Below, in pieces: positions 12,796 to 25,308 of a stretch of 64,000 bases of DNA. Below the pieces are notes generated by a model. It saw nothing but the letters and a program-made list of their open reading frames with translations, was not told the DNA's origin and ran no database searches. The translations under genes and the position numbers were made by a program. The first letter of the stretch is position 1. Each line of letters starts with the position of its first letter. The DNA comes from Felis catus. Taxonomy: Eukaryota. Where the stretch lies: the NCBI RefSeq assembly GCF_018350175.1, contig NC_058368.1, positions 71,922,001-71,986,000 of the forward strand, in the 5' to 3' direction.

Positions 12796-13030
12796 AGTAT
12801 AGTGGAATGTATGTAAACTTTGGGTCGGACAGACTTGGGTCCAAATCCTAACTCAGCTTTGTGCCCTTAAGCAAGATACCCATTCTCTGTGAGCCAAAAT
12901 TTCCTCACTTTCAGGTGACGATAAGCATACTATATTTTCAGGATTGCCATAAGGGTTAAGTGAGACAATGCAGGTATGTAAATTAGCTGGCATTTAGTAA
13001 ATACACAGCAAATGTTAGATGTTATTATCA
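12796..13030 (+). mobile_element. MIR
   Basis: cagacttgggtccaaatcctaactc...gcaagatacc...tttcctcac...ttaagtgagacaatg...catttagtaaatac. Confidence 0.75.
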
Positions 13031-14067
13031 TTACCACATTAATAACTAATTACCACTGAAAAGAATTTAGATACATAACACCACTTTGTAATACAGTTTC
13101 TAAACTGGGTTTCTAAATAATCTCAGCCAGGGGGAAGGAACACATGGAAGGTTTTCATACAGAATCAAAACATTAAGACACTGAGTAAAATTTATTAATT
13201 CTTTCTTGAAGGAGAATAGCTCTTTATTTCATTGGGGGTGGCATTGGAAACCCTTGGAATTCTCTAGTTGCAACAGGTTAACAAGTTCTGATGAAAAAAT
13301 GTAAGATTACAGACTATACTATGGCATCAAATGCTAAATTCTGAGTAAAACTTAACAGATGCTCAACAAATCAGTGATTCATTTAAAAGATTGTTCTATT
13401 GCTTTGTCACCATCACTCATCAAGACTCAAAGTAGTCACAGAAAAAAAAATCTAATGTGTGTAATTTATCTTTGAGACACTTTTGTGTCTAATAAGTACA
13501 CAATGTCTGGGCCCTCAATGGTGCAGTTTGTTTTTCTTCTTACAAAGTAGACAGGTTGGTGTAATGACTACTAAAGGAATATGAGACATAAGGAGGGATG
13601 TGCACCCTACCAATCTGGTAGAAACATCTGGAAATACATAATGGAATAGGTGGGGACCATTTCCATAGCCTTATCACCTATTTCCCGAGGAGAGAACCCA
13701 CCTGTCTGAGGATATTAGTATCCTTACAGCTGAACTGAATGGTTCCATTTGGCCGCTCACAGTCAGACTGTGTCAGCAAAGGAAGAGGTATTGCTTTTTG
13801 GGAAAGTCAGACATTCCATGAACTGAGAACAAAATATGAGATCATTAGAAGTTTGTAATATGTCACATATATTTGAATACCTACTTCAGAAATATGCTTA
13901 TGCTAAACTTGACTTCGCTTCTTCTAGCAAATAAAGATAACATAGTTTACTTACACATCAAATAAACATCAATGTAAATGTGATAAAAAATACATATGTA
14001 CAGATTAAAAATAATAATAACATGAATACCTGTGTACCCGTACCTTAGAAGCTTCTCTGTGAGACCT

Positions 14068-14905
14068 GTAGTCTGACAAAATCAGGTTCATTGGCCCCCT
14101 CCAATGAGGGAAACTACACACCAAGAATCATTAGGTGTCTCACGAAACAAAGGAAAAGAGTCTCATGAGTAGAGTGTGGAAAATGAGCTGGAAGCTGGCT
14201 GGAAGGGATGGGAAGTAGCTGGAGTAGTGTGGAGCCCATTGTGGTATATCAGCAGAGCGATAAAGATGACTTGGCCAAGGGTGATGCACTGTGCCAAATA
14301 AAACAAATTCAAATAATGGAAGGAGAGACTTGACTGGAAAGGATTGTTTCAACAGGGAGAAAAGGGACTGCTTGCAGTAGGGCAAGCTCTTTGGCTATGA
14401 GATCTCCAAGCATTTCCAAGGTTAGGCAGAAAAGGCTTCTCATATACAAGACGGGGTGCATAAGGCTGGGACCTACGACTGAGGTGGAACATCTATCCAG
14501 AACCAGGTCTGGGCCATGGAGTGAATAAGGAGGGTGGGCTGATAGGACAGTAATACAGAGAGTAATTCACCCTGAGGTTTGCCTATTTGGGGAAGGGGCC
14601 TGTACAGAAGGGCTATATGCTAACTCAGGCTGAGTCCAAGATCAGGGACCTGGAGGAAGGAGAGAAGCTTAACTAAAGTTTGATCAAATCATATCAGTGG
14701 GCATTTTATTCTGATTGATGAGTGGGGACAGACAGTTCATCTAATTGTTTATGAAGCAAAGAACAGGAACTTGGAGGGTTTGTGTCTGGTCTCGTCACAG
14801 GTGAACAAGGGGACATCCATGAGTCTTGTCTACATCATTTGGAGAAAAGGGAGTTCTTTGCAATAAACTGTGTCCTAGAAGACAAGAGGATGGGGGAGGT
14901 TGTTA
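14068..14905. mobile_element. ERV-type LTR, subfamily unresolved
   Basis: Begins tgtagtctgacaaaatcaggttcattgg; 3' half (ttaactaaagtttgatcaa...ggagggtttgtgtctgg...gttctttgca) resembles recalled eutherian LTR consensus. Confidence 0.5.
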
Positions 14906-14959
14906 ATCATCAATAATACACATGAGCACAGGGTTCAAATAAAATTCAAGACTGTCAAG

Positions 14960-15125
14960 TGGGTTGGAAGAAGTAAGCATATCTAAGAAATAATGAGCAG
15001 TTGATTTCTTAGGATTTGCTGATAAATTGAGTGTCAGTGTAAGGAAAAGAGAAGAATTAAGAATGTCTCCCAAATTTCTGGCTTGGGATTTGGAAGAGTT
15101 ATAGTGTACGAATGCTGATAGTGAC
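14960..15125 (-). mobile_element. L2 fragment
   Basis: ggatttgctgataaattga...aagaatgtctcccaaatttctggcttgg = reverse L2 3' region. Confidence 0.55.
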
Positions 15126-15623
15126 AGAGATAAAAGCAATTCAATGTGATGGCAAGATGGAGACATTGCCCATGGGATATTTTCAATTTCTTTTCTACGC
15201 ATACCCTCTTGGTCATCAATTTCTTTAATATTAAGTCTTAAATACATCTTAAAGCCAACTCCTCTGCTGCTGCCTTAATTCAGATTTCCATCATATGTTG
15301 CCTGTACCATTAAATTAGCTTTCTAAACAGGCTCCTTGCACCTGGGTTTTCTTCCACACTCCCAAAAACGTGTTCCACGTTCCACTGGGATAATATATCC
15401 AAATAAATTATAGCATGCTACTCATGCTTTCAGTTTCCCAGTTGCACATGTCTTTGGTCCCGGAATAAATGTTCTTTCTTAGTCAATGGCAAACTTTCAT
15501 TTATCATGCAAAACAATTCTTACCCTTTTGTGAAGCCCTATCTCATCATACTCCCAACTCAAGTGAGTATCTCCCTGTTTAAAAATATATCTTCACATTC
15601 TATTCTCTTAAATTATTTGTCTA

Positions 15624-17790
15624 GAAAAGCCCACAGCTAACATCATCCTCAATGGGGAAAAACTGATAGCTTTTTCGCTGAGATCAGGAACACGACAGGG
15701 ATGCCCACTCTCACCACTGATGTTTAACAGTGTTGGAAGTGCTAGCATCAGCAATCAGACAACAAAAGGAAATCAAAGGCATCAAAGTTGGCAATGATGA
15801 TGCCAAGCTTTCACTTTTTGCAGATGACATGATAGTATACATGGAAAATCCGATAGACTCCACCAAAAGTCTGCTAGAACTGATACATGAATTTAGCAAA
15901 GTTGCAGGATACAAAATCAATGTACAGAAATCAGTTGCATTCTTATACACTAACAATGAAGCAACCGAAAGACAAATAAAGAATCTGATCCCTAGGGGTG
16001 CCTGGGTGGCGCAGTCGGTTAAGCGTCCGACTTCAGCCAGGTCACGATCTCGCGGTCCGTGAGTTCGAGCCCCGCGTCAGGCTCTGGGCTGATGGCTCAG
16101 AGCCTGGAGCCTGTTTCCGATTCTGTGTCTCCCTCTCTCTCTGCCCCTTGCCTGTTCATGCTCTGTCTCTCTCTGTCCCAAAAATAAATAAACGTTGAAA
16201 AAAAAAATTAAAAAAAAAAAAAAGAAACTGATCCCATTCACAATTGCACCAAGAAGCATAAAATACCTAGGAATAAATCTAACCAAAGATGTAAAAGATC
16301 TGCATGCTGAAAACTATATAAGCTTATGAAGGTTATTGAAGAAGATATAAAGAAATGGAAATACATTCCCTGCTCATGGATTGGAAGAATAAATATTGTC
16401 AAAATGTCAATACTACCCAAAGCTATCTACACATTCACTGCAATCCCAATCAAAATTGCACCAGCATTCTTCTCGAAACTAGAACAAGCAATCCTAAAAT
16501 TCATATGGAACCACAAAAGACCCTGAATAGCCAAAGTAATTTTGAAGAAGAAGACCAAAGTGGGAGACTTCATAATCCCAGACTTTAGCCTCTACTACAA
16601 ACCTGTAATCATGAAGACAGCATGGTATTGGCACAAAAACAGACACATAGACCAATGGAATAGAATAGAAACCCCAGAACTAGACCCACAAAAGTATGGC
16701 CAACTCATCTTTGACAAAGCAGGAAAGAACATCCAATGGAAAAAAGACAGTCTCTTTAACAAATGGTGCTGGGAGAACTGGACAGCAACATGCAGAAGGA
16801 TGAAACTAGACCACTTTGTTACACCATTCACAAAAATAAACTCAAAATGGATAAAGGACCTGAATGTGAGACAGGAAAGCATCAAAACCCTAGAGGAGAA
16901 AGCAGGAAAAGACCTCTCTGACCTCAGCCGTAGCAATCTCTTACTCGACACATCCCCAAAGGCAAGGGAATTAAAAGCAAAAATGAATTACTGGGATCTT
17001 ATGAAGATAAAAAGCTTCTGCACAGCAAAGGAAACAATCAACAAAACTAAAAGGCAACCAACGGAATGGGAAAAGATATTTGCAAATGACATATTGGACA
17101 AAGGGCTAGTATCCAAAATCTATAAAGAGCTCACCAAACTCCACACGCGAAAAACAAATAACCCAGTGAAGAAATGGGCAGAAAACATGAATAGACACTT
17201 CTCTAAAGAAGACATCCGGATGGCCAACAGGCACATGAAAAGATGCTCAACATCGCTCCTTATCAGGGAAATACAAATCAAAACCACACTCAGATATCAC
17301 CTCATGCCAGTCAGAGTGGCCAAAATGAACAAATCAGGAGACTATAGATGCTGGAGAGGATGTGGAGAAATGGGAACCCTCTTGCACTGTTGGTGGGAAT
17401 GCAAATTGGTGCAGCCACTCTGGAAAGCAGTGTGGAGGTTCCTCAGAAAATTAAAAATAGACCTACCCTATGATCCAGCAATAGCACTGCTAGGAATTTA
17501 CCCAAGGGATACAGGAGTACTGATGCATAGGGGCACTTGTATCCCAATGTTTTATAGCAGCACTCTCAACAATAGCCAAATTATGGAAAGAGCCTAAATG
17601 TCCATCAACTGATGAATGCATAAAGAAATTGTGTTTTATATACACAATGGAATACTATGTGGCAATGAGAAAAAATGAAATATGGCCTTTTGTAGCAACG
17701 TGGATGGAACTGGAGAGTGTGATGCTAAGTGAAATAAGCCATACAGAGAAAGACAGATACCATATGGTTTCACTCTTATGTGGATCCTGA
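15624..17790 (+). pseudogene. Disrupted L1 ORF2 (RT C-terminal half and Cys-rich domain)
   Basis: [33 protein letters not shown]...HCWWEC motifs; broken by SINE insertion, frameshifts and stops (e.g. TGA at 16524-16526). Confidence 0.95.
15995..16220 (+). mobile_element. Young CAN-SINE (SINEC_Fc) inside L1 ORF2
   Basis: Intact A box (tggcgcagtcgg) and B box (gttcgagcc), CpG-rich; TSD aaagaa(t/a)ctgatccc 15978-15992 / 16221-16235. Confidence 0.98.
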
Positions 17791-18203
17791 GAAACTTAAC
17801 AGAAACCCATGGGGGAGGGGAAGGAAAAAAAAAAGAGGTTAGAGTGGGAGAGAGCCAAAACATAAGAGACTCTTAAAAACTGAGAACAAACTGAGGGTTG
17901 ATGGGGGGTGGGAGGGAGGGGAGGGTGGGTGATGGGTATTGAGGAGGGCACCTTTTTGGATGAGCACTGGGTGTTGTATAGAAACCATTTTGACAATAAA
18001 TTTCATATATTGAAAAAAAATTATTTGTCTATTTCATTGGATTTTTGTTTTATTTAAGGAAGAGACCAGTATTCTTAATCTTTGTCTCCCCAATGCTGAT
18101 AGAAGTGCTTGACATATTGTAGATCCTTAATAAATGTTTGCTGAACTAGTGATTAAACTAAGTACTTGAATGGAGTCTCCTTGAAGCTGTTTCATTTGAG
18201 CTT

Positions 18204-18438
18204 CTTTTTTTTAATGTTTATTTAATTTTGAGAGGGAGAGAGAGAGAGAGAGCAAGTGAGTTGTGTGAGTGAGCAGGGGACCAGCAGAGAGGGGGGCGCA
18301 GAGGATAGAAGATCTGAAGCAGGCACAGAGCCTGTGCTCTTAGCACAGAGCCTGATGTGGGTCTCAAACTCATAAACTGTGAGATCATGACCTGAGCTGA
18401 AGTCAGATGCTCAACTGATTGAGCCACCCAGGCATTCC
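18204..18438 (-). mobile_element. CAN-SINE
   Basis: T-tail, (GA)n, gagatcatgacctgagctgaagtcag...gagccacccagg. Confidence 0.95.
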
Positions 18439-20232
18439 TCATACCAGCTTATTAAATTCTACTTATCCAGTAAGTGAAGGCAGTCTCTCCTGTAGATTGT
18501 GATTTGTGGAGAGTTGTGAATTTCCTCACTACTTGGTATCCCCAGTGTCTCATTAGATGCTTTACTTGCTTGTTTTCATGTTTACCCTTATCCTCTGGTC
18601 TTTCTAGAACTATCATGAAGGGGGTGAACCATGACTCTTCTGCACCTCAGTGTGAGTGGGTTCATCTGGTGCCATTTCTCCTCAGCAGCAGACATTACTC
18701 TGTGTTTGGGGAGTGGGTAAAGGACCAGAAGAAGAGGTGGAGAGTGCTGAAGGCTGGCTTGATTTGAGTCATGGTCTCTCTTGGATAGCCCTGCTTAGAA
18801 GCGTTCTTTCTTACTAGTAATTTAGTGCACTAATTATTATTATGGGCATCAGTGTTGACGGACCGGTGTCTAAATGTGTTCTGTGGAGCCTCAGCCTTCT
18901 GTAGAGGGGCTTCTGAGACTTCAACTCTTGTTGGGTGGGGACAGCACATGACCAGTGAGTAAGGTTGTAGGCCTCTTGCCCTCATTGAACCAGCACTCTG
19001 ACCTGGATTCAAGCCTGGATTTGCACCTGTCCCATCTAAGCCAGTTATCCATCCATAACTGTTTTATTGTTATTATTTTTTAAATGTTCATCTCTTTCCT
19101 GGGAGAGACAGGTCCTCCTTTTCCCTTTAACTATTTTTGCCCATGGAGTTCACAACTTATTTCAGTTAAAATAAAATGGGAAATTTTCAGTCTTCATTCT
19201 CTTTGCTTAGTCTTCCCCATTAGACTCCTGATTCTGAAGACTGACAGGAAAGGCCTGATTCTGTTTCCCAAGATATATAAGGACTCAAAAGAGGCTCAAG
19301 AAATCTCAGAAGCCAACTAGAGAAATATTTCGCAAACCAGGTTCTTTTGAGATCTAGGGTATCGCAAAGGCACTTAGGGCCTCCCTGGAGGGCTGAGAGA
19401 ATCCTTTGCATCTGTGTTTTGGCTGAGCAGCACTACTTTTAATCTTTTTTAATTACTGGGACTTTGTGGAATATTTCACTTGAAAACAGGGTTCTGCCGC
19501 TTAAAGGGAGTTTGAACACCACTGGTCTACAAGATTAACAAAAGCCTGTTTCAGCTAAAATATGTGCATGTTCTTTCCTGTGAGGCAATGATGGAGGGGA
19601 AGTCATATTCTTTTTGTCATGTAGACCATAAACTATGGCTCACGAAGCACAGAGGTTGAGCTCTGATGGCTTTGACCCTGAACGGCAGATCCAAGTGTCT
19701 TGTACATGAAAGAGGAGAAAGAATCTTAGTTTCTGGGAATGCATGGTGCACTCTACCAGTGTGCATTTTAATGCCAGTGTCAGGGCAGACTTCCACCAGC
19801 TGTCTAAACATTTACTGAACCAAATAATAGCATGCAAGATATGTGGGTTTCAGATATTTGCCATTTTAAAACAGCACTTAGTCATTAACTTAATCACAGC
19901 TGCTATATGCCAGCCAATGTATTTTGTTGGTAAACAATGCATTTGCTCCAGACAGCCATTGGGAGCTTTGTTATGGTAGGTATAGCAGGCTGGTTAATGC
20001 AGAGGTGAGCATTCAAACACCTGTTGGGAACAAACAGTCCCGTCTCCCAGACTGAGACCGTTGGTTCCAGGAGGGAAACAAAAACTTGCGGTGTATTCCA
20101 TGTCAGGTGCTGCTGTCACAGTTTTACTCTGAACAGAATTAGATGTTCAGTTTGGAGAAACACCCTGATGTCCATGATCATGTGTTCATTTGAAATGGGA
20201 CATATCCCCTAAATAGTTCACTGTTTGCCCTT

Positions 20233-20843
20233 TGTTGTGGATGGAACGTTTGCGTCCCCTGTGCAAATTCATATGTTGAAGCCATAACCTCCAATGTGAT
20301 TGTATCTGGAGACAGGGACCATGAGGAGGTGGTAAAGGTTAAATGAGGTCGTAAGGGTGAGGCCCTCATCTGACTGGGCTTGTGCCCTTATAAGAAGAGA
20401 AAGAGGGGCGCTTGAGTGGCTCAGTCGGTTAAGTATCCAACTTGGGCTCAGGTCATGAGCTCACTGTTCGTGAGTTTGAGCCCCGCGTCGGGCTCTGTGC
20501 TGACAGCTCAGAACCTGGAGCCCGCTTCAGATTCTGTGTCTCCCTCTCTGTGCCTCTCCCCCACTCATAGTCTGTCTCTCTCTGTCTCTAAAAATAAATA
20601 AACATCAAAAAATTAAAAAAAAAAAAGAGGAAGAGACACCAGGGCTCCCTCTCTCTCTGCCATGTGAGGACACAGTGAGAAGGCAGCTGTCTACATGCCA
20701 GGAAGAGAGCCCTTACCAAGAATCCTGTTGGCTGGTACCTTAATTTTGGGCTCCCAGCCTCCAGAACTGTGACAAAAAATGCCTATTGTTCAAGCCATTC
20801 AGTCTGTGGTATTTTGTGATGGTGGCTTGAGCCGACTAATGCA
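20233..20843 (+). mobile_element. MLT1A0-like MaLR LTR, split by a SINE
   Basis: tgttgtggatggaacgtttgcgtcccc...aaattcatatgttgaagcc...ccagcctccagaactgtga...gactaatgca. Confidence 0.85.
20405..20622 (+). mobile_element. CAN-SINE nested in MLT1
   Basis: ggggcgc head, (CT)n, aataaataaa, A-tail; approximate purine-rich TSD. Confidence 0.96.
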
Positions 20844-21249
20844 CCTTTATGTTTCCTTCTTTAAATTCCTTCATCTAACTTGTTTCTTAATGTCGATGCA
20901 TAGCTCTGGGGCTTCCAACATCTTGACTCTTGCTTCTCACCACTCATTCTCTTCCTCTGGTACAGAATGAATTTCTCAGTGTCTGCCTGAGAGAAAATAC
21001 CGTGACTTCTTGTGGGTCCTGCAACATGACTTAGGCCATTTGTTCTTGGTGTCTCTTCCCAGACTAGGCCCAAAGGAGTTAGATTAATTTGTTTCCACTT
21101 TGAAGTTGTATAGCTGACACTGCTAGTTGTCTGCGAGGTATCCATCCCTCCTGTCTGGCTTGCTGAAAGAGCTCTGATTTTGCTCTGGGTGGTAATACAT
21201 CGTCGGGCTAAGAGGAGAAATAAAAATTGGTTAAAATCAAGATTGATAA

Positions 21250-21600
21250 TTCTCATTTCTGGCTTTTATTGGGGTGGCTATGTGAACTGGTTCTGGCAAA
21301 GCATAAGAAAGCCAAAAAAGAGTTGTGAAGTGGAAGTCTGATGAGAAGTGGACAGATGGGACTGGTGTTGTCCTAACCCCTTTCTCTTGCCCTGGACATG
21401 AATGTGATGTCTGGAGCTGTAGCAGCCATCTTATGACCATAAGAATGAAAGTCAGGATGGTAAGGTCTGGATGGAACAGAAAGAGGGAAAGAGCCTGGGT
21501 CCCAGAGGCACCACTGAACTATTGAACAATATCAGAAACTGCCTGCTCTGGACTCCTTCTTCTCGACATAATATTTTGGAGACTTATCTACGTTGCGGGA
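21250..21600 (+). mobile_element. Old MLT1-type LTR fragment
   Basis: tgtgatgtctggagctgtagcagccatcttatgacca...aaagagcctgggtccc. Confidence 0.5.
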
Positions 21601-21609
21601 GGGTTGATT

Positions 21610-22230
21610 TCCTTTTATTGTGTATATTCTATTATGTAGATATATCCCCACAATCCATTCTCCTGTTGATGAAAATTTGAGGGTTTTTTTCCCTCCAGTT
21701 TTTGGTTATTATTAATAAAGTTACCATAAATATTGGTGTACAAATCTTTTCTAGTCATCAGTTTTCAGGTTTGGTGTTGGTGGTGGTGGGGTAAATGCCT
21801 AGGAGTAGAGTAGCTGTGTTGCAAAAGAAAGTGTGTATTTAATTTTATAAGAGATGGCCAAACTGGCTCTTCCATTTTCTGTTCCTATCAGCAGTGTATG
21901 CGGATTCCAGCTGCTTCACAACATCTGTCTACATTTGGTATTGTCAGGCTTAGTCATTTTAGCCTTTGTGTGGGTGCTCATTGGCATCTCATTTTCCTGT
22001 TAATTTGCATTTCCCTCATGCCTCATAATGTTAACCCCTTTTTTCCCATGATCACTGGCTTTTTGTATATATATTGTGTGATGTGCCTGTTCAAGGCTTT
22101 GCCCTTCAAAATATGTTGGCTTGTTAGTCTTTCTCTTATTGAGTTGTAGGAATTCATGATGCATTTGAGATACAAACTCTTTTGTTTGATGTAGGTGTTA
22201 CAAATATTTCCGCCCACTCTATGGCTTGCT
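21610..22230 (-). mobile_element. Old L1 (L1M) fragment
   Basis: gggtaaatgcctaggagtag...cagcagtgtatgcggattcc...taatttgcatttccct...tacaaatatttcc = reverse L1 ORF2 3' region. Confidence 0.75.
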
Positions 22231-23271
22231 TATTCCTCTGCTCAAAAACTTCCTGCCATGCTCTAACGTCTGTGGAAATTTTTTTTTTTTTTTGCCATTC
22301 TCCAACATCTCTCGCCCCCATCAAGTTGGTTTCCTCTTCAGCTTTCCAAAGTGCCATGCTCGTTCCATGGCTTCACTTCTTTGGACGCCTGGCTACCCCC
22401 ACACCCGAGGGTCTCTCTCTTCCCTGAATGGCAGCTGTACTTGTTGCTTCTAGCACTTGTCTTTGCCTGCCATCAGATACCTCATTTATATTCATGCTTT
22501 AAATGTGTATGTTTTGTCTTACCACTTGGATGTTAGCTCCTTGAGGGCTGGACATGCTTCTTATTTTTTCCTTACTACATATAGAACAGTGCTGTGCAAA
22601 TATACTTGGAGTCCTCTATGTGCAAATATTTCAAGGTAGAAATCCTCTAAACAGGAGGCTTTGGAGAAGATCCTTGTTCAATTTCTTTGTTCAGTGCAGT
22701 TGGCTATTTGCCAATTTCTTCCTTCCATTTTAGATGAGATGTTGAGTCAGTTTTATACATCTGCAGAATTTTTCTACCAATTCATGATGCCTTTTTATTT
22801 TATTGCTCTAAATAGTTCATTAAGTATGTGCAAATTTGGAAGTACAGATTACCTTTTATGAGACATTATACCACTATATTCTGGCTTTAGGGAATTGAAC
22901 AAATTGCATACTCTCAAAATCAGAGTTTCCAGAATATCACTATAATAAATTTTTAGGAAATAATGGGAAGGAAAAAAACCCCTTTACTCATCTTTTTGTT
23001 GTTAATTTAAGGTGTCTAAGGGTGCTAGGTTAGGTACTTAGAGGCCATACTGACACCTTAATCAATTAACCAGGCAAGAACGTTTGGAGGAAATGTTACT
23101 GCTTTTTTTGGGAATGGAAAATTTAAGAGTAATGTAAGATGCTCTCGCCTTCTTGGGAAACTTATAATCTACTTACTAGTCCAGAATTTTTTTTCTCTCA
23201 TCCACAAAACAACAGTAATAACCAAAACCCTCTTATAAAGTGATGTATTTCTTTGGTTCCTTGGGTTTCTT

Positions 23272-23493
23272 TTTTTTTTAAATTTTTTTTAACGTTTATT
23301 TATTATTGACAGATAGAGGGACAGAGAGCAAGCAGGGGAGGAGCAAAGAGAGGAGGAGGCACAGAATCCGAAGCAGGCTCCAGGCTCCGAGCTGTCAGCA
23401 CAGAGCCTGACGCGGAGCTCAAACCTACAAACCACGAGATCATGACCTGAACTAAAGTCGGACGCTCAACCGACTGAGCCACCCAGGTGCCCC
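23272..23493 (-). mobile_element. CAN-SINE
   Basis: Perfect 18-bp TSD tggttccttgggtttctt 23254-23271 / 23494-23511. Confidence 0.98.
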
Positions 23494-24029
23494 TGGTTCC
23501 TTGGGTTTCTTATCCTACATAGCCACATTGGGAATTCTGGGCTATGAGTGATGATCCACTGGAAGAAAGAGTGAAAAAATTGTCAAGAATTTTTCAACTA
23601 TCTATCCATTAATTTATTCAGCAAAAGTTACTCGATCATATACCATGACTGAAAAGATGAAAGCCAAAGAGAGAGTTATAGATTCATGCTATGGATGATC
23701 GGGGAGCATAGCCCTAAATGTTGGAGATCATTTCACGAAGAGCAGCTATGCTGTCCTACGAAATGTCTAAACGTTTCTTGCTTTCTCAGAAACAACTTGC
23801 TGAGATTAGTGGAGAATTTGTCCAACTAAGCACAGCATTTCCTATGTTTTTTCAAAGTGGTATGAACTGGGTTTGTATGTGCTCAGGGATGCAGAATATA
23901 GATGTGACAATTTGCTTTTAATTTCCATGATTACAGGTTCATAGAAATCAGTACCTCATTACAGGTTACTTTCCAAGTATACATTGGAAGCTTTATCTAC
24001 TTCCAGGAGGTAAAATACCTACATGAGTG

Positions 24030-24735
24030 CATAATTTCTACCCGTTCCTCTAGATCTGTTCTCCACTTAGCACATGTTCTCTGCCTTGGACAGTTGACCC
24101 ATGGAAATAATATCATGGGCTTCCTTGTCATCTGGCTTCCACTTGAGTTTGACCAATGGAGATGTTGGCAGGTCATTGGAAGGAGCAGGGTAAAGATGTC
24201 ATTTAAGAAAAATTTTTTAAGTTTATTTATTTAATTAGAGAGAGAGAGAGAGAGAGAGAAGGAGAGGGGCAGAGAGAGAGGGAGACAGAATCTCAAGCAG
24301 ACTCCTCACTATTAGCACTGAGCCTGATGTAGCGCTCAAACTCACAAACCATGAAATCATGACCTGGGTGGAAGTCAGACACTTAACCCACTGAACCACC
24401 CAGGTGCCCCTAGGTCATTTTTTAAACCCATGGCTTTCTCCCTCTGAGATCATTCTAGGTTGGCTGTGTCCCTTGATTAAAGGTCATTGCTCAAACCAAA
24501 GTGGATTTGAGAATCAAAGTGGATTCTCAACACATCTCTCACCTTGTGAGTGCAGGTGTCTTCTTTCTCCACTCATGCCTTTGGTCTAGGTGTGGTAATA
24601 GCTCTGGGTATTAAAATCATGTTACTGTACTATTCCTATGTTCCTGGCCCAGACCTTTTTTTGTAAACAGACTCCTCCTCCTAAATAAATCTCCTCAGAT
24701 TATCTTGCTATGAGTTTGCCATCTTGTTAGTATCA
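24030..24735 (+). mobile_element. LTR33-like ERVL LTR, split by a SINE
   Basis: gggcttccttgtcatctggcttccacttgagtttgaccaatggag...tctaggtgtggtaatagct...ttgtaaacag resembles recalled LTR33. Confidence 0.65.
24205..24410 (-). mobile_element. CAN-SINE
   Basis: T-tail, (GA)n, ends ccacccaggtgcccc; short flanking repeat gtcattt. Confidence 0.95.
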
Positions 24736-24790
24736 TGGTCGATATGTCACAGTATAAAACTACATTCTATTTATAATTATTTACTTTCTT

Positions 24791-24997
24791 TTTTTAAAAG
24801 CTTATTTATTTTGAGAGAGAGAGAGAGTGAGTGTATAACAGTGGGGGAGAGGCAGAGAGAGAGGGAGAGAGAGAGAGAATCCCGAGCAGATTTGGCACTG
24901 TTGGTGTGGATCCCTTCCTGAAGCTTGATCTCATGAACTGTGAGATCATGGCTTGAGCTGAAATTAAGAGTCAGATGCTTAACCACCCCGGCACCCC
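24791..24997 (-). mobile_element. CAN-SINE with deletion in the A-box region
   Basis: TSD aatta(t/c)ttactttctt 24775-24790 / 24998-25013; head reads aaccaccccggcacccc. Confidence 0.95.
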
Positions 24998-25308
24998 AAT
25001 TACTTACTTTCTTAAACATGCAGCTAAACTCATTGTGTTTAACTTCTGGCATCATTCATCCCCTTTGGCCCATCCTGTAGATCCTCTAAAATGGCTTTTC
25101 AGAGTCTCTGAGGGAAGTGAGAGGTAATTAGTCGCTTAACCTATACTAGAGACCTTCATGTGAAGTGGTTTCTGTTATTTTAATTCAAGAGCTAAATGGG
25201 ACCTTGTGGCCAGTAGGGAGGTCTGGCATAAAATAAAGGCTCCTCTTCCAACAACATATAAAGATGCTGCATAAACTAGGGCAATTGTTAAAAATATGTC
25301 CAACCATT

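Larger units (their letters stand above)
15624..18017 (+). mobile_element. 5'-truncated young cat-type L1 (~2.15 kb plus nested SINE)
   Basis: ORF2 RT and C-terminal homology, G-rich 3' UTR, aataaa and A-tail; perfect 14-bp TSD aaattatttgtcta 15610-15623 / 18018-18031 at a TT/AAAT site. Confidence 0.98.
15250..18146 (+). mobile_element. L2 3' region split by the young L1 (pieces ~15250-15609 and 18032-18146)
   Basis: Right piece ends gtgcttgacatattgtagatccttaataaatgtttgctgaa (L2 3' terminus); left piece has degraded L2-like motifs. Confidence 0.5.

Noticed and set aside
15995..16070. tRNA gene
   Set aside because: A/B boxes belong to the tRNA-derived CAN-SINE head; same for all SINE copies
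16542..17597. 351-aa ORF as a host gene
   Set aside because: It is the C-terminal part of L1 ORF2 inside a TSD-flanked, 5'-truncated, disrupted L1
17895..17936. G-quadruplex motif as a novel element
   Set aside because: Ordinary G-rich tract of the L1 3' UTR
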